A stretch of 64,000 nt of DNA from Phycisphaerales bacterium (GTDB taxonomy: Bacteria; Planctomycetota; Phycisphaerae; Phycisphaerales; UBA1924): positions 2,592,001 to 2,656,000 of the forward strand of contig OZ245777.1 of NCBI GenBank assembly GCA_965227775.1. The letters are read 5' to 3'. The position numbers and the translations under genes were made by a program. Of this stretch, positions 50,624-60,138 are shown piece by piece (position 1 is the stretch's first letter; each line of letters opens with the position of its first letter). The notes below the pieces were generated by a model. It saw nothing but the letters and a program-made list of their open reading frames with translations, was not told the DNA's origin and made no database searches.

Positions 50624-50713
50624 TTCGCAGTCCTCCTGCGCACAGGTTACCGGACATTGCGGGACCGTGCAAGCACGAAGCGGGGCCGCGCCGGCGAGTT
50701 GAAGCCCGCCAAC

Positions 50714-50923
50714 GCGGCCTCCGTGGCAATCACGCGAGCCTCCCGTGCAACCAGCGGCAGCTACGAGGTCATCACCGGGACGTCCCGTGCAATCACCGAA
50801 GCCAGCGAGGCCTTCACTGCAGCCCTCATTGCAACCACCGCGGCCTCCGAGGCCATCGCGGAGGCTTCCCATGCCTTCACCGGAACTCCCAAAGCAATCA
50901 CGGAAGCCTCCGGTGCCATCACG
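50714..50923. repeat. Degenerate tandem array of ten 21-bp units
   Basis: Consensus GNN GCC TCC NNN GCM ATC ACS, in exact 21-nt register from 50714 to 50923. Confidence 0.85.
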
Positions 50924-51053
50924 GGAGAGCGCGCGCGCTCGGTTCTTCGGACGTTGGAGCCGTTCTCGGACGCGAAACGCGCAGGGCGTGCGCGATCGGG
51001 CGTGGTTGGCGAAGAATTGTGCTTGGTGCGAACGCCCGGCAGGGGCGTCGAAC

Positions 51054-51524
51054 TTACTCCGGCGAGCCGCTCGAGTAGTCGTACACCCATTGGCTCATCG
51101 CACGCTCGTAGTCGAGGACCTCGCCGTCGCCGAAGAACAGGCCGAGCTCGCGCTGGGCAGCCTCGGGGCTGTCGCTGCCGTGGATGAGGTTGAAGCTGTT
51201 GGAGACGCCGAAGTCGCCGCGGATCGTCCCGGCGTCGGCCTTGGAACCGAACGTCGCGCCCATCATCGAGCGGCTGATAGCGATGGCGCCGATGCCGCGG
51301 ATGGCCAGCACCAGCACCGGGGCGCCGGTCATGAAGCGTACGAGTCCGTCATAGAAGGGCTTGCCGGCGTGATCCTTGTAGTGCTCGGCGGCCAGCTCGG
51401 GGCTGATCTTCATGAGCTTGCAGCCGACGACCTGGAGGCCCTTGTCCTCGAAGCGGCTGATGATGCGGCCCATGAGGCCCCGCTGGACGGCGTCGGGCTT
51501 GAGGATGATGAGGGTGGTTTCCAT
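51054..51524 (-). CDS. ndk: Nucleoside diphosphate kinase
   Basis: LKPDAVQRGL, GTIRGDF, NLIHGSDS. Confidence 0.97.
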   Translation of the reverse strand: METTLIILKPDAVQRGLMGRIISRFEDKGLQVVGCKLMKISPELAAEHYKDHAGKPFYDGLVRFMTGAPVLVLAIRGIGAIAISRSMMGATFGSKADAGTIRGDFGVSNSFNLIHGSDSPEAAQRELGLFFGDGEVLDYERAMSQWVYDYSSGSPE

Positions 51525-51632
51525 GGCGAGCGGCTCCTGCGGGGTGGGGGGCTGGTAGGTCGGGTGCTTGGTTGGGGCCGCAAGGGTAGGGGCGGAAGCT
51601 CCCCCTGGGGCGTTGGCCTGCCCTCGTTCTGC

Positions 51633-53045
51633 CTAGTTCTGGCCCTGGAGCCGCGTGATCGTCTCGGTGAGCTTGGTCTTGATCTGCGGGTCGGCCCCGA
51701 CGTGGCGGTCGACGATCATGCCGTTCTGGTCGATCACGACCATGGTGGGGATGCCGGTGACGTCGTAGTCGGACGCGGCGGCGTCGCCTTCCATCAGCAG
51801 GAGGTAGTCGAAGCCCCGCTCCTTCATCAGGGCGGCGGGATCGCCGTTTTCCCAGGCGTTGATGCCCATGACGACGACGTCCTGGCCCTTGAACTGCTGG
51901 TGGACCTCCTGCAGCTTGGGCATCACGACGAGGCACGGCGCGCACCAGGTCGCCCAGAAGTCGAGGATGACGATCTTGCCCTGGTAATCTGACAGCGTGT
52001 GGCTGTTGCCATCGGGGTCGTTCAGCGTGAAGTCGGGGGCCGGAATGTTCAGCGGCGGTGGGGCCGCCGCAGCGGCCTGGCGTTGGTCGGCGGGCGGCTC
52101 GAAGGCAAGCGTTTCGAATCCATCCGGGGCCGGGAGCACGAATGGCTCGGCCGGGTCAATGAGCTCGGAGATCGGGGCCTCACCGGGATCGCCAAAGTTC
52201 ACTTCATCGAGGAGGCGCGATGCCCTTGCGATCGCCGCCGCAGTGTCCGCGGGGCTTGCGAGGAACTCGATGTCCGTGATGGTCGTGCGTGAGATGCCGT
52301 CGCCAACGCTCTTGTTGTCCTCGCCGCGCACGTCGTAGTACACGAGCTCGCTGCGGCGGGGCAGGTTGTCGTCGACGCCGAGGTACCACCATGCGCCGAA
52401 GGCGTACGTTTCGGGGAACTCGGCGAGGTCGACGTAGACCGCGTTGGTGACGTCCTCGCCGATAAGGACGCGACCGTCGTTGATGGGCGCGACACGCGGC
52501 TCCTGGTCGACGATCGGCCGTCCGACCAGCATTTCCCAGTCGGAGATCCACTCGAGCGCCGTCCATGCGCCCGAATCGATCAGGAGCATCTCGCTGTCCT
52601 GGTGCGCTGCCTCTACGAGCGCACGTTGGGTGGGGTCGATCATGCGAGCGTGCTCGCCGTCGATCGAGAACGCGAAGGGGAAGGGGGTCCCGTCGCCATC
52701 CGGATTGCCGATGAGCCCAAAGGCAACAACGTGCCACTGCGGCTTCGCGTCCTGGTCGAGCAAGCCCGCACGCTCGGCCCGGCTCGAACGAGCCATGACG
52801 ATGCGGGCGGTCGTTGCGGGCTCTCTGGTCGACTGTGCACCCACGCCCTCGCGGGTTGCCGTGAAGGCGATCGCGGTGGCGTTGCGCAACGCCTCGTCGG
52901 CATCGCGCAAGAGCGTAAGGCCGTCCGGCCGCTCTTCGCGGGCTTCCTGCAGTGCCTGGAGACCGTCCTGCGACGCGTCAAGCGTCGTTGCTGTGATTGC
53001 GAGTGAGCTGACAGCGAGAGCGATTCGGTGCTTGCGGCCGTTCAT
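51633..53045 (-). CDS. Exported protein with C-terminal TlpA/redoxin domain
   Basis: Signal peptide; APDFTL..., LDFWATWCAPC, GIPT. Confidence 0.88.
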   Translation of the reverse strand: MNGRKHRIALAVSSLAITATTLDASQDGLQALQEAREERPDGLTLLRDADEALRNATAIAFTATREGVGAQSTREPATTARIVMARSSRAERAGLLDQDAKPQWHVVAFGLIGNPDGDGTPFPFAFSIDGEHARMIDPTQRALVEAAHQDSEMLLIDSGAWTALEWISDWEMLVGRPIVDQEPRVAPINDGRVLIGEDVTNAVYVDLAEFPETYAFGAWWYLGVDDNLPRRSELVYYDVRGEDNKSVGDGISRTTITDIEFLASPADTAAAIARASRLLDEVNFGDPGEAPISELIDPAEPFVLPAPDGFETLAFEPPADQRQAAAAAPPPLNIPAPDFTLNDPDGNSHTLSDYQGKIVILDFWATWCAPCLVVMPKLQEVHQQFKGQDVVVMGINAWENGDPAALMKERGFDYLLLMEGDAAASDYDVTGIPTMVVIDQNGMIVDRHVGADPQIKTKLTETITRLQGQN

Positions 53046-53330
53046 TGCGTGTCCCCTCCATCCCTGCACCAGGGATCAGAAATGGTATGCGGTGGGGATG
53101 CGTGCAATGGCGAGACCTTGAAGGCCGGATCAGGCCCGCGTCTCGCATGTCTCGGATCGCGTCTTGGGTCTCCTAGATCGAGTCCTCGTCGTGTGCGGCC
53201 TCCGCGAGCACGTGTGCTCATCGCCGATCTGGTTGACCCCGAGCACGCTCAGCGATCAGTGATGGATCGTGCCCTGAGCGCCGCCTTCGGAGGGCATAGA
53301 GAACAACGGGATTGAATCTCCGCGATTCGC

Positions 53331-53540
53331 TCAGCCAAGATCATCGGCTGCGTCGTCCACGGCATCGGCAGCATCGTCAACCGCGTCGCCAACGGAATCA
53401 CCGGCTTCTTCCACCACATCCTCGGTCTCATCAGCGGCGTCTTCGCAGCCGATCATGGCTGCGGACAGCCCAAACAGCGTGATGGCTGACGCGGCGGTGA
53501 GACTCTTGGCGAAGCGACGAGTGTTGATTCGTGTGGTCAT
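53331..53540 (-). CDS. Small acidic lipoprotein
   Basis: AAGGAG RBS, lipobox MIGC, repeated 'DAVDDAA' units. Confidence 0.75.
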   Translation of the reverse strand: MTTRINTRRFAKSLTAASAITLFGLSAAMIGCEDAADETEDVVEEAGDSVGDAVDDAADAVDDAADDLG

Positions 53541-53614
53541 GTCCTGCTCCTTAGTGGGTTCTTCTAATTGGGTTCTTCGACTCCAGTGCCATGCCCGTCA
53601 GTCAATGTTCGCAG

Positions 53615-53794
53615 TCAGGCGGCACTTGCCTTGCCGCGCCGCACGAGACCGAAGATCAGCGACAGTACGCACAGGACGAGGAAGATGATGAACAGGATCT
53701 TCGCGATCGCTGCAGCGCCGGAGGCGATGCCTCCGAAGCCGAGTACGGCGGCGACGATGGCGATGATGAAGAACGCGAGTGCCCAACCCAACAA
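53615..53794 (-). CDS. DUF1328 (UPF0391/YtjA-like) small membrane protein
   Basis: Below the ORF-track cutoff: CAGGAG RBS, TTG start, [59 protein letters not shown]. Confidence 0.9.
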   Translation of the reverse strand: MLGWALAFFIIAIVAAVLGFGGIASGAAAIAKILFIIFLVLCVLSLIFGLVRRGKASAA

Positions 53795-53994
53795 TGTGAA
53801 TCTCCTGCGGTTGCGTGCCTGCTAGATTGTCTCTTGCCCGCTCGCGGCGGTGCGGCGTGATCCGGCCGCGATTGAACCAAGAGAAGTGTCGTCCCGGCAG
53901 ATGAACCGGCCGTGGCGAAGCGATGAATCGAACATCATCTTGCGAGCAACGCCTGTTGGCGTTCGAAGGGGCCCGGCGCTCTGTCGAACGGTGC

Positions 53995-54022
53995 TTGACC
54001 GCATGCACTTGGTGGCTATCCT
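53995..54022 (+). promoter_or_regulatory. Sigma-70 promoter of the methionine/aspartate-family operon
   Basis: TTGACC-N16-TATCCT about 12 nt upstream of the riboswitch P1. Confidence 0.65.
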
Positions 54023-54033
54023 CTGCCCGACAT

Positions 54034-54138
54034 GCATCAAGAGTCCCGGGATGCCTCACGAGGTCCCGGGCGGCAACCGAGCCGATCGTCCTGATCGAGC
54101 CACGGTGCCGAGGCCAGCCCCGGCGTGGGGAGCGATGC
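54034..54138 (+). ncRNA. SAM-I-class riboswitch (atypical P2)
   Basis: P1 GCATC/GATGC, ATCAAGAG, GGCAACC...CGGTGCC (P3), P4 CCCC/GGGG; lies upstream of a Cys/Met PLP enzyme gene. Confidence 0.85.
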
Positions 54139-54243
54139 GGTCGAGGCCGTCCATATCGGACGACACTCGGCAAACACAGCGGCGATGTTCGCCGCGGCCA
54201 CGCCTGCACTGGAAGCTCTCGATGCTGTGAAGGAGTTCACAGC

Positions 54244-55476
54244 ATGGGACATCCGTTTGATTCGACAACCATCGATCCGTTCGCACTGTGCCCGTCCGTC
54301 GGCCGGGGCGTGGGAGATGGCGACGCACTCACTGCGCCGATCGTGCAGAGCACGACGTTCTGCCGTGATGGTGTTGGTAGCGACCCGACCCACCAGTACT
54401 CGCGTGTGAGCAACCCGACTGTCGCGACGCTCGAACGAGCCCTGGGCGCGTTGGAGGACGCGCCACCGGCGATCTGCTTCGGAACTGGACTCGCGGCAGA
54501 GACGGCGCTCTTCCTCGCGGTGCTTCGCGCTGGCGACCATGTGGTATGCGGCCGCTCCGTGTATGGCGGAACGGTGCGATTGCTGCGCGAAGTGCTGCCC
54601 GAGTTGGGCATCGAGACGACGTTCGTCGATACGACCGATCTGGACGACGTCCGCAGGGCACTGCGCGGCAGCACGAGGCTCGTGTTCGTCGAAACGCCAA
54701 GTAACCCGGTGCTCGAGGTCAGCGACATCCGGGGCATTGCCGACATCGCTCGGACCCATGACGCACTTCTCGCCGTCGACAATACCTTCCAGACCGCTGT
54801 GCTTCAGCGGCCGCTCGACCTCGGGGCCGATGTGTCGGTCTACTCGACGACGAAGTTCATCGATGGGCATTCGCTCGCTCTGGGCGGCGCCCTGGTCGCG
54901 CGGGACACGGCACTGGTCGATCGCATCCGGTTCATCCGCAAGTGCACCGGGGCGATCCAATCGCCGTTCAACGCCTGGACGACCATCAACGGGCTCAAGA
55001 CGCTGCCGCTACGCCTCGAGCGCCAGAGTGCCACGGCCGCGACAGTCGCTCGCTGGCTGGACGCTCACCCGGATGTGGACGTCGTGCACTACCCGGGGCT
55101 TCGCGAAGGCAGAGAACTGGCGGATCGCCAACATCAATCGCTCAGCCGGGGCGAGGCTTGCCACAGCGCGGTGCTGAGCTTTGAGGTGCGAGGCGGAATC
55201 TCCGCGGCTCGGGTCGTTGCCGAGTCGCTGGAATTGGCCACGCTGGTCGAGCACGTCGGGTCCGTCGAGACGCTCGTCACCCACCCGGCCACCATGACCC
55301 ATGCGGACGTGCCGGCCGAGCAGCGGCGGGCGGGCGGCATCGCGGACGGACTGCTGCGGCTAAGCCTTGGGCTCGAGCCCGCCGAGGCCATCATTGCGGA
55401 TCTCGACCAAGCCATCACGTTGGCCATCGGTGGATCGGTTGTCGAGGAAGGGGTGGCTGCATGTGCGCAGGCGTGA
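54244..55476 (+). CDS. metB: Cystathionine gamma-synthase / trans-sulfuration PLP enzyme
   Basis: YSRVSNPT, VYGGT, ETPSNP, VDNTF, YSTTKFIDGHS, LLRLSLGLE; AAGGAG RBS; SAM riboswitch upstream. Confidence 0.8.
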   Translation: MGHPFDSTTIDPFALCPSVGRGVGDGDALTAPIVQSTTFCRDGVGSDPTHQYSRVSNPTVATLERALGALEDAPPAICFGTGLAAETALFLAVLRAGDHVVCGRSVYGGTVRLLREVLPELGIETTFVDTTDLDDVRRALRGSTRLVFVETPSNPVLEVSDIRGIADIARTHDALLAVDNTFQTAVLQRPLDLGADVSVYSTTKFIDGHSLALGGALVARDTALVDRIRFIRKCTGAIQSPFNAWTTINGLKTLPLRLERQSATAATVARWLDAHPDVDVVHYPGLREGRELADRQHQSLSRGEACHSAVLSFEVRGGISAARVVAESLELATLVEHVGSVETLVTHPATMTHADVPAEQRRAGGIADGLLRLSLGLEPAEAIIADLDQAITLAIGGSVVEEGVAACAQA

Positions 55477-57164
55477 TCGTTCTGAAGTTCGGCGGATCGG
55501 TTCTCACTCACGAGCAAAGCCTCCGGATCGCCGTGCACGAGATCTACCGATGGCGCCGCCGCGGCTGGCAAGTCGTCGCTGTGGTTTCGGCCCTCGCGGG
55601 GCGAACCGACGCGTTGCTCGGGTCGTGCCGCCTTGATGGCGTACGGGCGGACCCGTACGCAACGGCATCGCTTCTGGCCTGTGGCGAGCGGGAGAGCGCC
55701 GCGCGGCTTGTGGGCTCGCTCGATCGCGTCGGGATCACGTCGTCGTTGCTCGATCCGTGTGCCATCGGGCTGCGCGCGCACGGTGGCGCCTTGGATGCGA
55801 CGCCGGACGGGCTGGAGCGGTCTCGTGTTCATGCGCCTCTGGAGTCCATCGGCTGCGTCGTCGTGCCGGGCTTCTTCGCGTGTGATGACCTCGGACGAAT
55901 CGTCACCCTGGGACGCGGAGGGTCGGACCTGACGGCGCTGGTGCTGGCCGACGCGCTCGGAGCCGACCGATGCCTACTCATCAAGGATGTCGATGGCCTG
56001 TACGAGCGCGATCCCTCGACACCTGGGCCGAGGCCACGGCGGTACGAGCGTGCGTCGTACGAGGACGTGCTGGCGCTTGATGGCTCGATCGTGCAGCACA
56101 AAGCAGTGCGTTTCGCCCGCGATCGCGAGATCCCGTTCGAGGTCTGCGGCTTCAACTCGGTTGACTCTACACGCGTGGCTTCCCGCGCTTCTGTCCTCAC
56201 CAACATCCACGAACGGGTGCGCCCGCTCAGAGTTGCCTTGCTTGGGCTGGGTGTCGTCGGTGGGGGCGTGCTGGAGCTGGTCTCGCAGATGCCCGGCCGT
56301 ATCGAACTCATCGGAGCGTGCGTGCGAAACCCGGGGAATCACGCGGCCACACTGCCAAAGCGCTATGACGGTGTGCTGTCAGCAGATCTGATCGACGTTG
56401 CCACGCGCGGTGCAGACGTCGTGGTGGAAGCGGTGGGAGGCATCGAAGACGCACGCGATGCCATACGGCACGCTCTCATGAGTGGCTCGCACGTCGTGAC
56501 AGCAAACAAGGCTGTGCTAGCGGCGCATTGGGCAGAGCTTCAAGAGCTCGCAAGATCTCAGGGGCTCAGCCTGCGTTTCTCCGCGTCAGTTGGTGGTGGT
56601 ACCTCCGTGCTGGAAGCAGCCGGTCGGCTCCGGGCCACATCCGTTCGAGGTGTGCTTAACGGCACGGCAAACTATGTGCTGGAGCGGCTTGGGGCGGGTG
56701 AGTCGCTGGAGGACGCGATCGTCGGTGCCCGACACGCGGGGCTTGCCGAGGCCGATCACTCGCGCGACCTGGACGGGCGAGACGCCTTGGACAAGCTCCG
56801 CGTCATTGCCTCGGTCTGTGATCGAGAAGTCGAGCGTGTGGACATCAGCAAGGCTGATGTGCGGTCGGTACAGACAGGTGCTCGGGCCCGCCAGGTCGCC
56901 ACCCTGTCGGCCGATGGGCTCGCACGGGTCGCGATCGAAGTAGTGGAGCCGGGAGATGTACTCGACGACCTGCCCGACGAGTGGAATGCCGCCGAGATCA
57001 CTGGCCCCGGGGGCGTTGCCACCGCGGTACGGGGGCGTGGGGCCGGCCGATGGCCTACGGCAGAATCGGTCCTGGCCGACGTGCTCGATCTGGAGCGTGA
57101 ACGCCGTTTCACGTTGACATCTACCTCCACCTCGACGCAAAGCACCGTACTGGCGCCAGCGTGA
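55461..57164 (+). CDS. Compact aspartate kinase-homoserine dehydrogenase fusion (no ACT domains)
   Basis: VLKFGGS, TLGRGGSD, KDVDGLY, then GLGVVGGG, VVTANK, GVLNGTAN, GRGAG..PTA. Confidence 0.85.
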   Translation: MCAGVIVLKFGGSVLTHEQSLRIAVHEIYRWRRRGWQVVAVVSALAGRTDALLGSCRLDGVRADPYATASLLACGERESAARLVGSLDRVGITSSLLDPCAIGLRAHGGALDATPDGLERSRVHAPLESIGCVVVPGFFACDDLGRIVTLGRGGSDLTALVLADALGADRCLLIKDVDGLYERDPSTPGPRPRRYERASYEDVLALDGSIVQHKAVRFARDREIPFEVCGFNSVDSTRVASRASVLTNIHERVRPLRVALLGLGVVGGGVLELVSQMPGRIELIGACVRNPGNHAATLPKRYDGVLSADLIDVATRGADVVVEAVGGIEDARDAIRHALMSGSHVVTANKAVLAAHWAELQELARSQGLSLRFSASVGGGTSVLEAAGRLRATSVRGVLNGTANYVLERLGAGESLEDAIVGARHAGLAEADHSRDLDGRDALDKLRVIASVCDREVERVDISKADVRSVQTGARARQVATLSADGLARVAIEVVEPGDVLDDLPDEWNAAEITGPGGVATAVRGRGAGRWPTAESVLADVLDLERERRFTLTSTSTSTQSTVLAPA

Positions 57165-57204
57165 CCGACCGGCTTCGCTACCCTTTCGCCGCAAGGAGGC
57201 ACAC

Positions 57205-59040
57205 ATGCTCACACGGAAGATCGGCAAGCTCGTTCGTGGCAAGGTGACGCCCGTACAGGTCGGCATGGCCTGTGTGCTGGGGGCGATGATCGGCTTCGTG
57301 CCGAGCGTCAAGACGTCACCGGCGCTGCTGCTATTCCTGCTCGCCCTGCTGCTGATCCTCAACGCGAACCTCTTCGTCGCAACGTTCATGGCTGCTGGCT
57401 GCAAGCTGCTGAGCTTGCTCATCATGCCCCTGCAGTTTGCTGTAGGGAGGGTTGTCCTCGATGGTCCGCTGAGCGGACTCATGAGCTCGCTGATCAACGC
57501 TCCGGTGCTCGCGTGGTTCGGCTTCGAGTATTACTCAACGAGCGGCGGCCTGGTGCTCGGCGTGGTCGTGGGGGTGCTGACAAGCACCGCGATGGTGATC
57601 GCCATCGGACGCCTGCGACAGAAGCTGGCCGGCCTCGAAGAAGGCTCCGAGCGGTACAAGAAGGCAACTAGCAAGAAGTGGGTGCGCGGGCTCGTCTGGC
57701 TGCTCTTCGGCAAGCAGAAGAAGACCTACCAGGAACTCGCGGCCAAGCGGGTCGGCCTGCCGGTGCGGCCGCTGGGCTTCGTCGTCGCGGTTCTCATGGT
57801 GGGCCTCTCATGGATCGCGACGATGTTCCTCGCCGAGCCGGTCGTTGCGTACGCGATGAAGGCCGGCCTTGAGCGCGCCAATGGCGCGACAGTCGACGTC
57901 GGCAGCGCTGATATCGATCTCTCCAGCGGACAGATCTTCGTCACGTCGCTGGCGATGGCCGACCCGGAAGACCTGCAGACCGATCTGTTCCGCGCGGCCA
58001 AGCTCGAGGGCGAGTTCAGCAACACCGATCTCTTGCGTAAGCGTTTTGCGATCGATCGGCTGGTCGCGAGTGAGGCTTCAACCGGCGAACAGCGCGCAAC
58101 GCCTGGCATCCTGATCGGCCCGCGTCGCGAGCCACCGGAGCCCGAGGGTGAAGGCAAGACGCTCGAGGATTACCTAGAGCAGGCCGAGAAGTGGAAGAAC
58201 AGGCTGAAGCAGGTCCGCGAGTGGCTCGAGAAGGCCAGCGACAAGAAGCCGGGCGAGGAGGACACCGGTCCTGGAGCCACGCCTGAGGACCAGAAGGAGT
58301 CGTTCCGGGATCGGCTCGAACGCGAGATCGCCGAGAAGGGGTACGCGTTCGTGGCAGCAGACCACCTGGTGGATGACGCGCCGAAGTTCCTCGTTCGCGA
58401 GATCCTGGTCGAGGGCATGACTTCGGCAGACGTGCCGGGCGAGACTTTCGACGCCCGAGCCGAGAACGTGTCCACCCAGCCCTGGTTGGTTGACGGCGCC
58501 CCGAAGGTCTCGGTGCGCAGCCGATCGGGCTTGTACGAAGCCGACATCACGCTGGGCTCGGCCGCTCGCGGCGGGGGAAACTCAACGCTGATGCTCGCTC
58601 GGCGCGACATGCCCGCCGAGCGGGTCGCGGCAGCACTGCGGGCGAGCGGAGAGGAGCCGTTGCTGGCCGGCGGCACGGTGGATGCGATCATCGAGGGCGC
58701 GTTCAGACCCGAGTGGATCAACCTCCCACTCAACGTGCTGGTGAAGAACTCCACCGTCACGCTCCCCGGCGCGGGTGCAGCTCGGGTGGACGAGCTTCGG
58801 CTTCCCATCGGCGTCACCGGACCGCTGGATGCACCGACGCTCGATATCGACGCGGAGGCATGGGGTACCGCATTCGCCCAGGCCGGCGCTACGCAACTCG
58901 CTAATGAGCTTCGAGGGGAAGTGCAAGAGGAAATCGACCGAGCCCGCGGCAAGGTCGAAGAGAAGATTGGCGACGAGGTGCGTGATCGCTTGGGCGGCAT
59001 TCTGCCGGGCCGCAAGAAGCGCGACAACGGTGGGGGTTGA
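57205..59040 (+). CDS. TIGR03546-like membrane domain fused to TIGR03545/AsmA-like periplasmic domain
   Basis: N-terminal 'TPVQVGMACVLGAMIGFVP..ILNAN'; after the TM, 'GLERANGATVDV..DLSSG..LAMADP'. Confidence 0.6.
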   Translation: MLTRKIGKLVRGKVTPVQVGMACVLGAMIGFVPSVKTSPALLLFLLALLLILNANLFVATFMAAGCKLLSLLIMPLQFAVGRVVLDGPLSGLMSSLINAPVLAWFGFEYYSTSGGLVLGVVVGVLTSTAMVIAIGRLRQKLAGLEEGSERYKKATSKKWVRGLVWLLFGKQKKTYQELAAKRVGLPVRPLGFVVAVLMVGLSWIATMFLAEPVVAYAMKAGLERANGATVDVGSADIDLSSGQIFVTSLAMADPEDLQTDLFRAAKLEGEFSNTDLLRKRFAIDRLVASEASTGEQRATPGILIGPRREPPEPEGEGKTLEDYLEQAEKWKNRLKQVREWLEKASDKKPGEEDTGPGATPEDQKESFRDRLEREIAEKGYAFVAADHLVDDAPKFLVREILVEGMTSADVPGETFDARAENVSTQPWLVDGAPKVSVRSRSGLYEADITLGSAARGGGNSTLMLARRDMPAERVAAALRASGEEPLLAGGTVDAIIEGAFRPEWINLPLNVLVKNSTVTLPGAGAARVDELRLPIGVTGPLDAPTLDIDAEAWGTAFAQAGATQLANELRGEVQEEIDRARGKVEEKIGDEVRDRLGGILPGRKKRDNGGG

Positions 59041-59044
59041 GCAT

Positions 59045-60073
59045 ATGGCCGAGCGTGAGACATCGTTGCACGGGAGCACCATCGCGGTCGTTGGGGCATA
59101 CGGCCTCGTCGGGCGCGAGGCACTCGCGATCCTCGCCCAGCATGGTGTGCCGCATGAGCGGGTGCGTGTGTTCGGTTCGTCGCGATCGGCCGGCACTGTG
59201 GTGCCCTACGACAGTTCGGAGCTCACGATCGCAGAACTCCGTGAAGGTAGTCTCGAAGGCTGCGATATCGCACTCTTCTGCACCGATGCGGATACGGCCC
59301 GGCAGCACGCTCATCGAGCGATCGAGCAAGGTGTTCGCGTCGTTGACAACTCATCCGCGTTTCGGCTGGATCGCGACACACCGTTGGTTGTTCCTGAGGT
59401 GAACGGCCACCTGCTGGACGAAGGCCCCATGCTCGTTGCCAATCCGAACTGTTCGACCATCTTGCTCCTGCTCGCCGTCGAGCCGATCCGCCGGGCGTTC
59501 GGGGTCCAGGCCGTGCTCGCTTCGACGTATCAGGCGGTCTCCGGTGCCGGACGAGCGGCGATGCAAGAGCTGGTCGACCAGACCAGAGCGTTCATGACCG
59601 ATCAGCCCGCGGAGCCCGGCGTGTTCCCCGTCGCGTGCGCTTTCAACGTGTTCCCGCACGAGTCGCCGGTTGATCTCGCAACCGGCTTGAACGTCGAAGA
59701 GGCCAAGATCATCGCCGAGAGCCGGAAGATCCTCGGTGCACCGGACCTTGATGTTGTCCCCACGTGCGTGCGGGTACCGGTCGAGCGCTGCCATAGCCAG
59801 TCGTTGACGCTCGAGCTGGAGCAGACGACGACGCTCGGGAGCGTGGCCGAGGTGTTTGGCTCGTTTCCCGGCGTTGCATTCAACGCCGACCCGGCGGCGC
59901 TAATAACGCCTCGTGAGATTGCAGGGACGGACCAGGTATCGATCTCGCGACCCCGACTCTCGCGGAACGGCCGCAGGCTGAGCCTTTGGACGTGCGGAGA
60001 CCAGCTGCGCAAAGGTGCGGCGCTCAACGCCATCCAGATCGCCGAGCGGATGGCCCGTCTCGCGATCGCCTGA
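59045..60073 (+). CDS. asd: Aspartate-semialdehyde dehydrogenase
   Basis: VVGAYGLVG, DNSSAFR, ANPNCST, TYQAVSGAG, CVRVPV..HS, DQLRKGAALNA. Confidence 0.95.
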   Translation: MAERETSLHGSTIAVVGAYGLVGREALAILAQHGVPHERVRVFGSSRSAGTVVPYDSSELTIAELREGSLEGCDIALFCTDADTARQHAHRAIEQGVRVVDNSSAFRLDRDTPLVVPEVNGHLLDEGPMLVANPNCSTILLLLAVEPIRRAFGVQAVLASTYQAVSGAGRAAMQELVDQTRAFMTDQPAEPGVFPVACAFNVFPHESPVDLATGLNVEEAKIIAESRKILGAPDLDVVPTCVRVPVERCHSQSLTLELEQTTTLGSVAEVFGSFPGVAFNADPAALITPREIAGTDQVSISRPRLSRNGRRLSLWTCGDQLRKGAALNAIQIAERMARLAIA

Positions 60074-60080
60074 CCTGGTC

Positions 60081-60111
60081 AAAAAAAGAGCCCGGCGTTG
60101 ACGCCGGGCTC
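60081..60111 (-). terminator. Intrinsic terminator (possibly bidirectional)
   Basis: GAGCCCGGCGT-TG-ACGCCGGGCTC stem with a 7-T tail on the minus strand. Confidence 0.85.
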
Positions 60112-60138
60112 GCTCTACTGGTCGTGGATCGACGCGGC

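Noticed and set aside
50714..50923. CRISPR array
   Set aside because: Contiguous degenerate 21-mers without unique spacers; no cas genes.
53100..53330. Possible pseudogene fragment upstream of the TlpA gene
   Set aside because: Short protein-like stretches interrupted by stops, with no identifiable family.
53923..54243. N-terminal extension of metB as in the ORF track
   Set aside because: The region holds the promoter and SAM riboswitch; the real start is ATG 54244 with an AAGGAG RBS.
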